A stretch of 64,000 nucleotides of DNA from Promethearchaeota archaeon (GCA_016839585.1 JAEOTZ010000072.1:87355-151354), one strand, 5' to 3'; counted from the stretch's first letter, positions 28,271-38,491 are shown. Notes: generated by a model not told the origin, from the letters alone. Numbers and translations: made by a program.

Positions 28271-29821
28271 TTAATCAACAATGTCTTTATAACAATCTTC
28301 TGGATAGAAGTTATCTTCATCGTTAGTATGGTTTGGGTACCAAGCTTGGGCAAAGAAAGGATTTTTCCTTGCTTGTTCATCAAAATTCCATGGTGGAGGT
28401 AAGCATTCAGGGCACCAATGACCTGCTTTAAGGACAGTATATGGTCTCAATTCAAATTCATGACCAAATGCACATTTCCATTTGAGCTTAGAGTAAATAT
28501 CTCCATCCCATTGAGTTGATAGACATTGACCACCTCTGAATTCTGCAGCTCCGTTTATGTCTTTTAAATCCAGTTTCTCCTTTGATTCATCGTACCCATG
28601 TTTGAGTGGATGCCATACTGGTTCAGGATGCATTTGAGGCATGTCCACACCCCAGTCTGAAATAGACTCAAATTCCTCATAAGAACCATAAAATGAAGAG
28701 ATTCTCATATCCATCTTATTTTTATACCAATATAATGTTCCTGTTTTATCCATTGCTAATTTTCTTAATTTTTTATAAGTGATTTTTTGAATCTTTTTCT
28801 TTAACCATGGAATTTTATTACTCAAATAAGTTACGATCTTCAAGTAAAACGGTCTATTCTTTCTTAAAATTTTAAAATACTCTTCGATAGAATCATTCCA
28901 ATTATTAATGTATTTATTAAGTTCCTCGCTGTCATCAAAATATTGCACATGAAAGTTTCTTAAGGCAAACCAACGACGCTGAGTTACATCATCAATTTTT
29001 CCTACACCATTCATTTCCATTGCTTCATTTAAAAAGTCATAGAATGTTATCCTGCAGGAGGGTCCTCCACCCATATTATAACATCTTCTCCAGAAGTCAG
29101 AGTCTTCTGGAACATCTAAACAATTAATTAAACCTTTACCCGCATCTTTTGATGTATTATTTTCCATAAAGGTATTAATTGGTTGATGGAACATAATTGG
29201 ATCCATAAGAGACATTATATCAGGAATCATAATAAATGTCTGACGGAGTGAAGCCCAGTACTTAAGGTTAGATTCACAAAGTGCCATTTCTCCATTAATT
29301 TTTGTGATAGCATAGAAATCAAACACACTGGGTTTGATAGGATCACCGATCCTACCATGATGAATAGGAGGTAAGCGATCACCCGTTGCTGCAACAGTTC
29401 CTATATATACAAATTTGATATGATCTGCACCTCCAGGTTGAGATTCTATCGCTTTAATGATATATTCAATGGCAGTTGTATTTACAGCTTTAGCCATCTC
29501 TGGATTACGGTCTGCTGCAGGAGGAATAAAACCCATCGGACAAAGACACCAATCAATCCCTTTACAAGCTTCTTCAACATCGTTATAATTGGTAGCATCT
29601 CCCCAAATAATTTTTAATCCTTTTCCTTCTACTATACCTTTTCCAGGAATGGGCTTAATCCCACATTTTTTTTCATAGGGCTTAAAAATTTTTTTATTTT
29701 TCTTAGAAGGATGTTGAAGTAAGACAATATTATATTTATCCTTTTTTACCCATAAATTTTTAAATGCTTCAAAACCCATAGAACCACTTGCACCAGGTAA
29801 GAAAACTGTTTCTTTATTCAT
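28271..29821 (-). CDS. Extended SDR (NAD-dependent epimerase/3-beta-HSD-like) with C-terminal Cys/His metal motif
   Basis: PGASGSMG, GD, YAITK; C-terminal WKCAFGH...HWCPEC. Confidence 0.75.
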   Translation of the reverse strand: MNKETVFLPGASGSMGFEAFKNLWVKKDKYNIVLLQHPSKKNKKIFKPYEKKCGIKPIPGKGIVEGKGLKIIWGDATNYNDVEEACKGIDWCLCPMGFIPPAADRNPEMAKAVNTTAIEYIIKAIESQPGGADHIKFVYIGTVAATGDRLPPIHHGRIGDPIKPSVFDFYAITKINGEMALCESNLKYWASLRQTFIMIPDIMSLMDPIMFHQPINTFMENNTSKDAGKGLINCLDVPEDSDFWRRCYNMGGGPSCRITFYDFLNEAMEMNGVGKIDDVTQRRWFALRNFHVQYFDDSEELNKYINNWNDSIEEYFKILRKNRPFYLKIVTYLSNKIPWLKKKIQKITYKKLRKLAMDKTGTLYWYKNKMDMRISSFYGSYEEFESISDWGVDMPQMHPEPVWHPLKHGYDESKEKLDLKDINGAAEFRGGQCLSTQWDGDIYSKLKWKCAFGHEFELRPYTVLKAGHWCPECLPPPWNFDEQARKNPFFAQAWYPNHTNDEDNFYPEDCYKDIVD

Positions 29822-29955
29822 TTTGGATTTACTCGAGTCTTACCTCCATTCTTGGTTTTATTAATCATTCTTATAATATCTTCTTCTAAATATGATTTAT
29901 ATTTAATAATAATAAAGAATTAAATTTTATTCTCTAAAATATATATGTTATTATA

Positions 29956-30195
29956 ATGAGTGAAGCTGAAAACAAAGATGTAATAGAAAGTTATAAGTTT
30001 CACCACATTGACACAGGTAAGTGTCGTCAATGTAAAGAATTTTCTTGTGAAGAAGCTTGCTTTAGAGGAATTTATAAAGTAATTAATAAAGAGACAGTTC
30101 CTAAATCAACTGTTATACAAAAGCGAGAGGATCACTGTGTTAAATGCCATATTTGTACAACAGCATGTAAATTAGGAGCTATTACTATTGATTAG
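29956..30195 (+). CDS. 2x[4Fe-4S] ferredoxin-like protein
   Basis: CRQC...CEEAC and CVKCHICTTAC. Confidence 0.8.
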   Translation: MSEAENKDVIESYKFHHIDTGKCRQCKEFSCEEACFRGIYKVINKETVPKSTVIQKREDHCVKCHICTTACKLGAITID

Positions 30196-30317
30196 ACTTT
30201 ATACGTCTTCTATATATATTAATTATTCGATAAACTTATAATTTATAAATTGTTATAAATTGTTAGCAATCCTATTCTAAAAGAATAGTAATAAAAAAAC
30301 TTAATTAAAATGTTATT

Positions 30318-30857
30318 ATGATTAGTCAAAAGTTAAAATTAGACGATATAGATCGTCAAATTATTACATTAGTACAAGAAGATCCGAATTTAACTCATAC
30401 CCAAATTGCAGAAAGAATAAATCGTAGTCAGCCTACAGTTGGGATGCGTATTAAAAAACTTGAAAAATCGGGTATATTACAATTCCAACCTGGGATCAAT
30501 TTTAAAAAAGTAGAATTGTTTTTAGCAACAGTGGAGATCAATTCAAGTAATCCTGAAGAAATTATGGAAATGGCAGCTTATTGTCCTTTCATGCTTAACG
30601 CTTTCAGATTGAGTGGAGAACATAATATTTGCATTTTATTAGCAAGTTCTAAACTTGATAAGCTTGATGCTATCGTAAATTACCATTTTAGAAAAAATCC
30701 AGAAATATCTTCAGTTTCATTGGAAGTTGTGACTGATATTGCTAAAGATTTTATATTGCCAATCGACTTTGACTCTGAACATCATGAACCCAATGAAGAA
30801 GTAGGTTGTGGAGAGAAATGCAAATATAAGCTAGCCAAGATGCAAGGTAAAACCTAA
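30318..30857 (+). CDS. Lrp/AsnC transcriptional regulator
   Basis: LDDIDRQII...IAERINRSQPTV..RIKKLE; LSGEHNI. Confidence 0.88.
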   Translation: MISQKLKLDDIDRQIITLVQEDPNLTHTQIAERINRSQPTVGMRIKKLEKSGILQFQPGINFKKVELFLATVEINSSNPEEIMEMAAYCPFMLNAFRLSGEHNICILLASSKLDKLDAIVNYHFRKNPEISSVSLEVVTDIAKDFILPIDFDSEHHEPNEEVGCGEKCKYKLAKMQGKT

Positions 30858-30865
30858 TCAAATTT

Positions 30866-31435
30866 TTAATCTTCTTGTTTAAGCTCATTAAACTTGAATC
30901 TTGGTAAATCTTCTTTAAGATTGCATTCAGGACCGCAGTATCTACCATCAAAATTCTCAATCGTGAAATCAATTGGGACTACGAAATCATGGATAGATTC
31001 TATTAAAATATTTGTTTTTACATTGATTACATTAGGGTCTCTTCTAAAACATAAATCTACTAATTTTTCGATTGTTTGTAAATCTGAAGCGGCAATAAAA
31101 CAGAATAAATTAAATTCCCCAGAAATTTTAAATGCATGATTAATAAAGGGGCAATTTTCTATTTTTTTTACAATATTTTCAACATCTTTAGTTGAGATAT
31201 AGGTAATAGCAACTTTGATATCAACTTCTTTTACATTAAATCCAACTTGCTTTGTTAAAAGATGTTTTCTTTCCAATTTAATGATTCTTGCACCTACTGC
31301 AGGCTGGGATTTTTCAATCTCTTTAGCTATATCAGAGTGAGTTATATCTGGGTTTTTCTCAATCATTTCGATGATCTTCTTATCGGCATCATCAATGCTT
31401 AATAATTCATTAAAACTTTTTTTCTTCATGTCCAT
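30866..31435 (-). CDS. Lrp/AsnC transcriptional regulator (paralog)
   Basis: IDDADKKII...IAKEIEKSQPAVGARIIKLE; ISGEFNL. Confidence 0.88.
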   Translation of the reverse strand: MDMKKKSFNELLSIDDADKKIIEMIEKNPDITHSDIAKEIEKSQPAVGARIIKLERKHLLTKQVGFNVKEVDIKVAITYISTKDVENIVKKIENCPFINHAFKISGEFNLFCFIAASDLQTIEKLVDLCFRRDPNVINVKTNILIESIHDFVVPIDFTIENFDGRYCGPECNLKEDLPRFKFNELKQED

Positions 31436-31700
31436 TTTATTTCATAACCTCACGTTAATTTAAACTTATTTTTAATAAATTTAAATTTTTTTAAGAGCTT
31501 AGTTATAGAAATTAATACTATTAGAGATAAGCATTTTAATTTATAAATATTAACCATAAAAATGATATATTCAACTTGGATTTATACTGTCAAACAACAA
31601 TTTAGAACTTATTCGAATTTAAATTTATAAGTAAAATTAAATTGGAATTTATTAGTTGAATATATTTACTTTAAAAAAAAAGCATTTAAAATATATATAG

Positions 31701-33614
31701 ATGGTAGAAATGGATGGAAAAAGAATTTCTTATCATGATTCAGTTTTAAAAGTGTATGAAAGAATTAAAAAAGATGGAGTAATAAATATTTGGGACCGTT
31801 TTGAGCAACAAGGGTTTGGTGGCGTTCCTGATAAACGATGTCCTTTTTGTTTAAAAGGAGCTAGATGTGATTTATGCTCAAATGGTCCATGTCGAGCAGA
31901 TGCTTCAATCGATAAGAGAGGAGTATGTGGTATTACTGCTGATGGAATGGCAATGCGTATGATGCTTCTGAGAAATATAATGGGTGCTTCTACTTATCAT
32001 TATCACACAGAACAAACTATTAAAACTTTGAAAGCAACAGCAGAAGGAAAAACACCATTTAAAATTTCAGAACCAGAAAAGCTTAAGAGCTTTGCAAAAA
32101 GACTTGGTATTGATGATTTAGACTCTGAAAATGGATTAGCTATTCGCCTATGTAATTTTGTTAAAGAGGATTTTAACAGACCTTATGATCAGCCAAGTAA
32201 AATTGTTGAAGCTTTAGCACCAAATGAAAGGAAAGAAACATGGAAGAAACTTGGCATTTTTCCAGGAGGTATTTATGGAGAGATGATGCTTTCTTCAAGC
32301 TCTTGTCTGACTAATGTTGATGGTTATTATGCTAGTTTAGCTCTTAAAGCTATGAGACTTGGAATTTCTATGGCTTATCAAAGTCAGATAATTAATGAAT
32401 TTTGCCAAGATATACTGTTTAACATACCAAGGCCCCATAAAATGCGTGTAAATTTAGGAGTTTTAGATCCTGATTATGTTAATGTTTTACCTAATGGACA
32501 TGAACCATTTTTAGGATTTGCTATGGTTCAAGTTGCCAGAAAACCAGAATGGCAAGATAAAGCAAAGGCTGTAGGTGCTAAAGGTCTTAGGATAATAGCC
32601 AATATTGAAACAGGACAAGAAATGATACAAAGATGGGAAATGGATGACGTTTTCTATGGGTTCACAGGTAATTGGATAATGCAGGAAGCTATTTTAGCTA
32701 GTGGTTGTATTGATATTTTTGTATGTGATATGAACTGTTCGATGCCTATTGATCCAATTTATGCTGAGAAATACAAATTTAAATTAATCCCTGTAAGTGA
32801 AGTAGTAGCTTTCGAAGGAATAACAGAAAGAGTAGATTATATTCCTGAAGAAGCAGAAAGACAGGCAGAACAACTTTTAATGATGGCAATTGACAACTTT
32901 AAAGAGAGGAGAGCGAATGTTGAAGCTGTTACAGGATTGGATATGAGTGAAGCAATGGTTGGATTCTCTACTGAGAGTATCCTTGATGCACTCGGTGGAA
33001 CTTTAGATCCATTGCTAGATGCTATAAAAAATGGTTCTATAAGAGGAGTTGCTGGATTAATATCTTGTACAAGTTTAAGGGATTTTGGTCAAGATGTTCA
33101 CACTATTAATATAGCTAAGGAATTGATCAAGAAAGATGTATTAGTTCTATCAATGGGGTGTGGAAATGGGGGTTTGCAAGTAGCAGGACTTTGTTCTCCA
33201 GAAGCAAAAAATCTAGCAGGTCCAGGACTTAAAAGTCTTTGCGAAAAACTCGGAATACCACCAGTTTTAAGTTATGGAACATGCACTGATACTGGTCGTG
33301 TAGCAGATCTTATTGCAGCAGTTTCAAATGCTTTAGGAGGAGTTCCAATCCCAGATTTGCCTATCGTGGCTGCTGCTCCCGAATACATGGAACAGAAGGC
33401 TACAATTGATGCTGTCTTCGCGCTAGCATTTGGATTATATACATATGTGAACCCAGTGCCTACAGTTACAGGTGGTCCCGATCTAGTTAAACTTTTAACT
33501 GAAGATTGTAAAGATATTACAGGTGGTATTTTACATGTCGAAACAGATGCAATTCAAGCAGTTAATTCTATGTTAGAACATATTGAAATAAATAGGAAAA
33601 AATTAGGTATATAA
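31701..33614 (+). CDS. cooS: CooS/CODH-family protein with atypical C-cluster ligands
   Basis: CDLCSNGPC...GVCG B-cluster; GHEP, DMNC, SCT, GCG, GTCTD, EQKA. Confidence 0.88.
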   Translation: MVEMDGKRISYHDSVLKVYERIKKDGVINIWDRFEQQGFGGVPDKRCPFCLKGARCDLCSNGPCRADASIDKRGVCGITADGMAMRMMLLRNIMGASTYHYHTEQTIKTLKATAEGKTPFKISEPEKLKSFAKRLGIDDLDSENGLAIRLCNFVKEDFNRPYDQPSKIVEALAPNERKETWKKLGIFPGGIYGEMMLSSSSCLTNVDGYYASLALKAMRLGISMAYQSQIINEFCQDILFNIPRPHKMRVNLGVLDPDYVNVLPNGHEPFLGFAMVQVARKPEWQDKAKAVGAKGLRIIANIETGQEMIQRWEMDDVFYGFTGNWIMQEAILASGCIDIFVCDMNCSMPIDPIYAEKYKFKLIPVSEVVAFEGITERVDYIPEEAERQAEQLLMMAIDNFKERRANVEAVTGLDMSEAMVGFSTESILDALGGTLDPLLDAIKNGSIRGVAGLISCTSLRDFGQDVHTINIAKELIKKDVLVLSMGCGNGGLQVAGLCSPEAKNLAGPGLKSLCEKLGIPPVLSYGTCTDTGRVADLIAAVSNALGGVPIPDLPIVAAAPEYMEQKATIDAVFALAFGLYTYVNPVPTVTGGPDLVKLLTEDCKDITGGILHVETDAIQAVNSMLEHIEINRKKLGI

Positions 33615-33632
33615 TTTTTTTTAATTTTTTTT

Positions 33633-34595
33633 TTATATTATACTTCTAAATGTATTAATAACAAAAATTAATATAGTAAATCCGATTAAACCAATCACAA
33701 ATTTTATAGGATCTCCTTTTTCTTTTTCTGGAATAACTTCTCTCACGATTAAATATAAAATAACACCTGAAATGAAAGAAAAGAAAATATAAAGGAGTTC
33801 TAAATTATGGGGTAAGATTGATTTTAGGACAAAGCCAATAAAAATTCCTGTAAGTGCTGAAGTTGCTAGAATATACTTTTTTATAGGTTTTATATCATGT
33901 TCTATTGTCTCATAAATTTCCAAATCAGTAAATATGATATGTGCCTCTGATCTCTTTGTTATAACTGTTCGAAACCAAGCAAATATAAAAAAAAGAATCC
34001 CAGCTACTAATTCGATACTTAAAAGACCAACTAAAATAAGACCTACAAGAATATGATAAATATAATCAGTAAAATATCTGAAATTAGTTAATTCTTTACT
34101 AATATGATTTTGAATTTTTGTTTTATATTTTTCAATTTCATTCTTCATTTCTACTTCTTGTTCCTTCAAAATTAAGAGAGTTTGAGAAATCTCTTTTAAA
34201 GCAGCATCATCTAATTCTTTATGTGATAATTCCCTTGTAAGGATGTTTTCCATATTGTCTTCTACTGCTTCTAATGTATTCTCTTTTGTAATTAGTTTCC
34301 GCATTTTTTTCTGGGTTTTTGATTCAACTTTTTGTAAAATTAATTTTTCGGATATATGAATAAAAGAAAATCCTATTAAAACAAAAAGGTACTCAAAAAG
34401 TTCTGAATGAAATGGAAATTCTGGTAAATTCTCACCAATTTCGGGAAGGACAACAAGAAAAAAGTAAGAAATAGATATTCCTGCTATAAGGGAAGCGTGT
34501 AATTTAATTATTTTATGTTCGTAATAATCAGAAATAAAAAAGAATACTCCAAAAATTAAAGAAAGAATAATAACCATTATCAGACTGTCTGTCAT
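33633..34595 (-). CDS. ZIP-like membrane protein with coiled-coil insertion
   Basis: AGISISYFFLVVLPE, IHISEK, YHILVG, FISGVILYLIVREVIPE; ~80-aa charged heptad insert. Confidence 0.55.
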   Translation of the reverse strand: MTDSLIMVIILSLIFGVFFFISDYYEHKIIKLHASLIAGISISYFFLVVLPEIGENLPEFPFHSELFEYLFVLIGFSFIHISEKLILQKVESKTQKKMRKLITKENTLEAVEDNMENILTRELSHKELDDAALKEISQTLLILKEQEVEMKNEIEKYKTKIQNHISKELTNFRYFTDYIYHILVGLILVGLLSIELVAGILFFIFAWFRTVITKRSEAHIIFTDLEIYETIEHDIKPIKKYILATSALTGIFIGFVLKSILPHNLELLYIFFSFISGVILYLIVREVIPEKEKGDPIKFVIGLIGFTILIFVINTFRSII

Positions 34596-34701
34596 TATTA
34601 TTGTTATTATTTTTAAGATTTTATAAAGTTTTTAATATAAAGTCATAAAAGTGAAATTTAATTTATCAACTTAGGAACCATATTCTTAATGGTGAATATA
34701 A

Positions 34702-35604
34702 ATTCAATTTTTAATTATTACTTCAAGCGAAGATATTGCTTCGATGAATATTCGTAGTAAATTAATCAATTCAAAAGCCTTTGATTTTGAGGAAACTGAA
34801 TATTTTTGGCATAAAAATTCGCTCTTTGAATTTAAAGGATTTTCTGGCAAGAAGGAACAAAATCTAAATTTTGATGCTGATCAAATATATCTTGGTTTAA
34901 CAAAAGAATCCCTTATATTTTTGAATGATTTAAATTTAGCTAAATCTAAAATTAATCCAGATTTAATTATTTTTGCCAGTCGTCATAGATCTGAAGCTCA
35001 ACGACCTGCTTTTTTAGCTCATCTTACCGGTAACTGGAGTAGCAAAGCTGAATTTGGAGGTAATCCTCGTGAATTATCTTTGGCAAGTGCTCTATTATTT
35101 AAAGCAGGATTTTTATCTTTGATAGAAAACTCAAAATCTACAGGCTTAACTAATTTTTCGACGGATATTGAAGTGACTCATCATGGTCCTACTACTTTAC
35201 AGAAACCATTAATTTTTCTGGAACTAGGAAGCACTAAGGAGGAATGGAATAATAGCGAAGCTGGAGAGGTTGTAGCTAATTCTATTATTAATGCAATTTA
35301 TAAATATTTAGATTTTAAGAAAAAAAAAGATCATCAAATTGGCTTAGGATGGGGAGGTACTCATTATGCTCCTAATTTTCATAGATTAGTAATAAATAGT
35401 ACTGTCGCCATGTCTTTTATATGCCCTAAATACTATATACAAGAACTAAATAGGGATTTGATTTCACAAATGATAGAAAATACCCTTGAAAGTGTTGACT
35501 ATTTTATTATTGATTGGAAAGGCACTAATTCCGAAGATAAAAAGCATTTGATTCCTTTATTAGAAGAGTTTGATATCCATATTAAAAAGACTAAAGAGTT
35601 TTAA
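34702..35604 (+). CDS. dtdA: Archaeal D-aminoacyl-tRNA deacylase (DTD2)
   Basis: FASRHRS, HLTGNW, EVTHHGPT, FLELGS, GGTHYAP. Frame stays open upstream of ATG 34744 to ATT 34702. Confidence 0.9.
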   Translation: MQFLIITSSEDIASMNIRSKLINSKAFDFEETEYFWHKNSLFEFKGFSGKKEQNLNFDADQIYLGLTKESLIFLNDLNLAKSKINPDLIIFASRHRSEAQRPAFLAHLTGNWSSKAEFGGNPRELSLASALLFKAGFLSLIENSKSTGLTNFSTDIEVTHHGPTTLQKPLIFLELGSTKEEWNNSEAGEVVANSIINAIYKYLDFKKKKDHQIGLGWGGTHYAPNFHRLVINSTVAMSFICPKYYIQELNRDLISQMIENTLESVDYFIIDWKGTNSEDKKHLIPLLEEFDIHIKKTKEF

Positions 35605-35633
35605 TCACCAGAAGATTTTAAATATTAAAAAAA

Positions 35634-36503
35634 TCAACTAGCTTCGTTTTTTATCTTTTCATAATATTTAATTAAATTTTTTAGTACATAGTGAGTAGGA
35701 GAATATCCTTGAATTGCTGATTTCGCCAAAACTTTAATGAGAAAATCGCGATGTTTCACATTCTTATCAGGAGTGACATTTAATTCTCTAATATTATAAA
35801 AGCTGCGTACAAATAATGTTGGCCAATCAATAAGGGCTTGTAGTGTTTGACTATATTGTTCTTTACCGTCTTTACTTAATTCTAATTCCTTATTTAATTC
35901 ATAAAAATTACTTTTTCCTTTCTTTTTAATCTTTATTATTCCATCTGCTTTAATTTCATTCATAATTTTATTTAAATCGGCAGATTTTACATTCTTAATA
36001 TTTAACTTTTGTAGACTATCAAGGATCTCAGATGTTGTTTGGCCTTTTAACTTAATTAACACATAATTTCTTGCTATAATATTATATTTTAAAGGAACAG
36101 ATTCATGATCTATTTTATTATATTGTATTAAATTGCCCAAAATCTGTTTTGCAACGAAATATTTAAGAATAATCTGATCATCTTCAGAAAAATCTTTTTT
36201 AAACAAATCAGAATTAAAATAATGATTATATAAGGTTTGTAATAATGATTTTATGGAATAAAATCCATCAACTACAGATTCTTCAACATTTTTCAAAACA
36301 CTGATTCTGTAATTAACATCATTAAGGAATTTTTCTTTGTCTAAAGGTATTTGGCGAACAATATGAGGTTTGCTATTAAGAGGTTTTAAATATTCATCCC
36401 ATTTTTTTTTAAAGCGATAAGATTGAGTTTTTACTATATTTGAGAGTTTATGTACAACTTCTAAAAGTTTATTTAAAAATTCCGCTTCAGAAACTTCAGT
36501 CAT
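35634..36503 (-). CDS. Hypothetical protein with probable internal winged helix
   Basis: TTSEIL...LNKIMNEIKADGIIKIKKKGKSNFYEL pattern. Confidence 0.55.
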   Translation of the reverse strand: MTEVSEAEFLNKLLEVVHKLSNIVKTQSYRFKKKWDEYLKPLNSKPHIVRQIPLDKEKFLNDVNYRISVLKNVEESVVDGFYSIKSLLQTLYNHYFNSDLFKKDFSEDDQIILKYFVAKQILGNLIQYNKIDHESVPLKYNIIARNYVLIKLKGQTTSEILDSLQKLNIKNVKSADLNKIMNEIKADGIIKIKKKGKSNFYELNKELELSKDGKEQYSQTLQALIDWPTLFVRSFYNIRELNVTPDKNVKHRDFLIKVLAKSAIQGYSPTHYVLKNLIKYYEKIKNEAS

Positions 36504-36685
36504 TCAAGAAATACCTTAACTCTATTACTCATATTTTTTTAAGATTTTTTTTAGAGATAATAATATTAAAATCTGAAAATTTTTAAACTTTAGAAAAAAC
36601 TTTAACAAAAATTAACTGTTATATTGAATAAAAAGAATTAGTTAATAAGATTTAAATTGATACTCTCAAATAAGGTAAAAAAAAC

Positions 36686-37075
36686 ATGAAGATTGACCAT
36701 ATCGCAATAGCTTGTAACTCCGAATTTGACTCAGATAAATTTTTTACAGATTTATTAGGTCTGAAAAAAGTGAGAAAATTTATGGTTTCATCAGAACTAA
36801 TAGTAAAATTTTTTGGAAGAAAAAAAGAACAAGAAGTTATCCGATATGAAAATGAGAACTTAAGTGTGGAAGTATTTATAATAAATGATAATAGAGAAGC
36901 AAAGGACATTTATACTCATTCTTGTTTGACAGTAAAAAATCGAGATAGGCTTGTAGAAAAAGCATCCTCGATGGGCTTTACTGTGATAAAGGTTCCGAGG
37001 AAGAATAGTAATGATTATTATCTTTTTATTAAAGACTCATTCCAAAATCTTTATGAAATAAAAGAAGAATTGTAG
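36686..37075 (+). CDS. VOC/glyoxalase-family protein
   Basis: IDHIAI...FFTDLLGL, HSCLTV, FIKDSFQNLYEI. Confidence 0.82.
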   Translation: MKIDHIAIACNSEFDSDKFFTDLLGLKKVRKFMVSSELIVKFFGRKKEQEVIRYENENLSVEVFIINDNREAKDIYTHSCLTVKNRDRLVEKASSMGFTVIKVPRKNSNDYYLFIKDSFQNLYEIKEEL

Positions 37076-37115
37076 TAATTATATTAACTTCTTATATATA
37101 GGTAGATTTTATAGA

Positions 37116-37937
37116 TTATTCATCCCATACTGCTGATGCGAGCAAATGTTCAATTCTTGTTTTCCTTGGTCTAATAAACTCTGTATGATGCTCTTTTCGT
37201 TCTAATAATAAACTCTTCTCAAGATTAACTGAGCTAACCATATACACTTCTAAATCCCCCTCATCAAGATAAATATGATTAAAACTAGGGGTATCATCAG
37301 CTCGAACTTTGTTTGAAGCCGAAGTACCACAGTAAAGAAATGTTGTATTAGATGAATTTTCCCAAGATATAACATAAGCATGAGGAACATGGCGATGCCC
37401 CATCAATACTAAATCAATTTCAAATAGTTGGGTAAATTCTAAGATTTCACCAGCATCTCGAACGGTAGTAAATTTTTGTCCAGACATGGGAATGGGTATC
37501 AAATGATGATGTAATGCCATTATTCTATTTTCTAAGTTCTTATTAAAACATCTCCCTACCCAGTCGAGTTGTTCATCCCCAACCATTCCTTCAGCCATGT
37601 CATCTCTAGCGGAACAAACTCCAACGACGATAGTATCTTTATCTTCAATTATCATTCTAGATCTTCGTGGTCCAATAAGTTTCTCAAAAAATATAAGACC
37701 TGAATTTTTTGCATCATGGTTACCTGGTACTGCAATAAATTTAGTAATCTTTTTTATTTGATCAATATATTCGATCACTTTTTTGAATTGAACAACTCGA
37801 CCCTTGTGAACTATGTCCCCAGTGCATATGACGACATCGGGTCGATTATCTTTAATATAATGGATTATATTTTCCATATAATCAGGGACAAACTCCGACC
37901 CATAGTGAAGGTCGCTTATCTGTATGATTTCTACCAT
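37116..37937 (-). CDS. Calcineurin-like metallophosphoesterase (CpdA/Icc-like)
   Basis: ISDLH, TGD, PGNHD, LHHH, GHRH. Confidence 0.88.
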   Translation of the reverse strand: MVEIIQISDLHYGSEFVPDYMENIIHYIKDNRPDVVICTGDIVHKGRVVQFKKVIEYIDQIKKITKFIAVPGNHDAKNSGLIFFEKLIGPRRSRMIIEDKDTIVVGVCSARDDMAEGMVGDEQLDWVGRCFNKNLENRIMALHHHLIPIPMSGQKFTTVRDAGEILEFTQLFEIDLVLMGHRHVPHAYVISWENSSNTTFLYCGTSASNKVRADDTPSFNHIYLDEGDLEVYMVSSVNLEKSLLLERKEHHTEFIRPRKTRIEHLLASAVWDE

Positions 37938-38103
37938 TATTTCTCGCCATTTTTATGATGATTAAAAAAATGAATAATCTCTACAATGTAATTTATTATG
38001 CTCAAAACTATTTATTTTTAATTAGTTTTTTAAAAAATAGAATGGAACTTTAAATTTCAAAAAAAAAAAAATAATTCAGTTAATAAAATTAAAATTAAAA
38101 AAT

Positions 38104-38316
38104 TTAACTATAACTTTCTAATTTAAGCTGAAAAAAATTACTATTAATTTGGTGTTTCAATTTTCGCTGTTTTGTTAATTGTTCAAGACTATTCACGTTT
38201 CTACAATAATCGCAAATACCATCTATAAAAACATAGCGAACTTTTCCACATTGGGGACACCAAAACTCTTCTTTAAATATTGGTTTCATACTTTTATTCA
38301 CATCACTTTTATTCAC
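38104..38316 (-). CDS. Small Zn-ribbon-like protein
   Basis: CPQCG...CDYC; GTG start uncertain. Confidence 0.5.
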   Translation of the reverse strand: MNKSDVNKSMKPIFKEEFWCPQCGKVRYVFIDGICDYCRNVNSLEQLTKQRKLKHQINSNFFQLKLESYS

Positions 38317-38491
38317 TTAATATAAATAAAAAAGAAATTAGATATAAGCTCTCTCACCATATTCTATAAAGTCTATATAGTCTATATAGATATAAAAAAT
38401 GGTTTGAAGGATGATTTACAATGAAATTTAAAAGTTTTTGTTAAAAATGTAAAAAATATATAAGATAATAAATACAAATTTAAATGATAAA

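Noticed and set aside
29831-29851. Mini-ORF MEVRLE* overlapping a GGAGGT upstream of the SDR gene
   Set aside because: Too short to distinguish from chance; no leader-peptide features.
38370-38392. AGTCTATATAGTCTATATAGA short tandem/palindromic repeat
   Set aside because: Only two units in AT-rich DNA. It could be an operator, but there is no second occurrence to support it.
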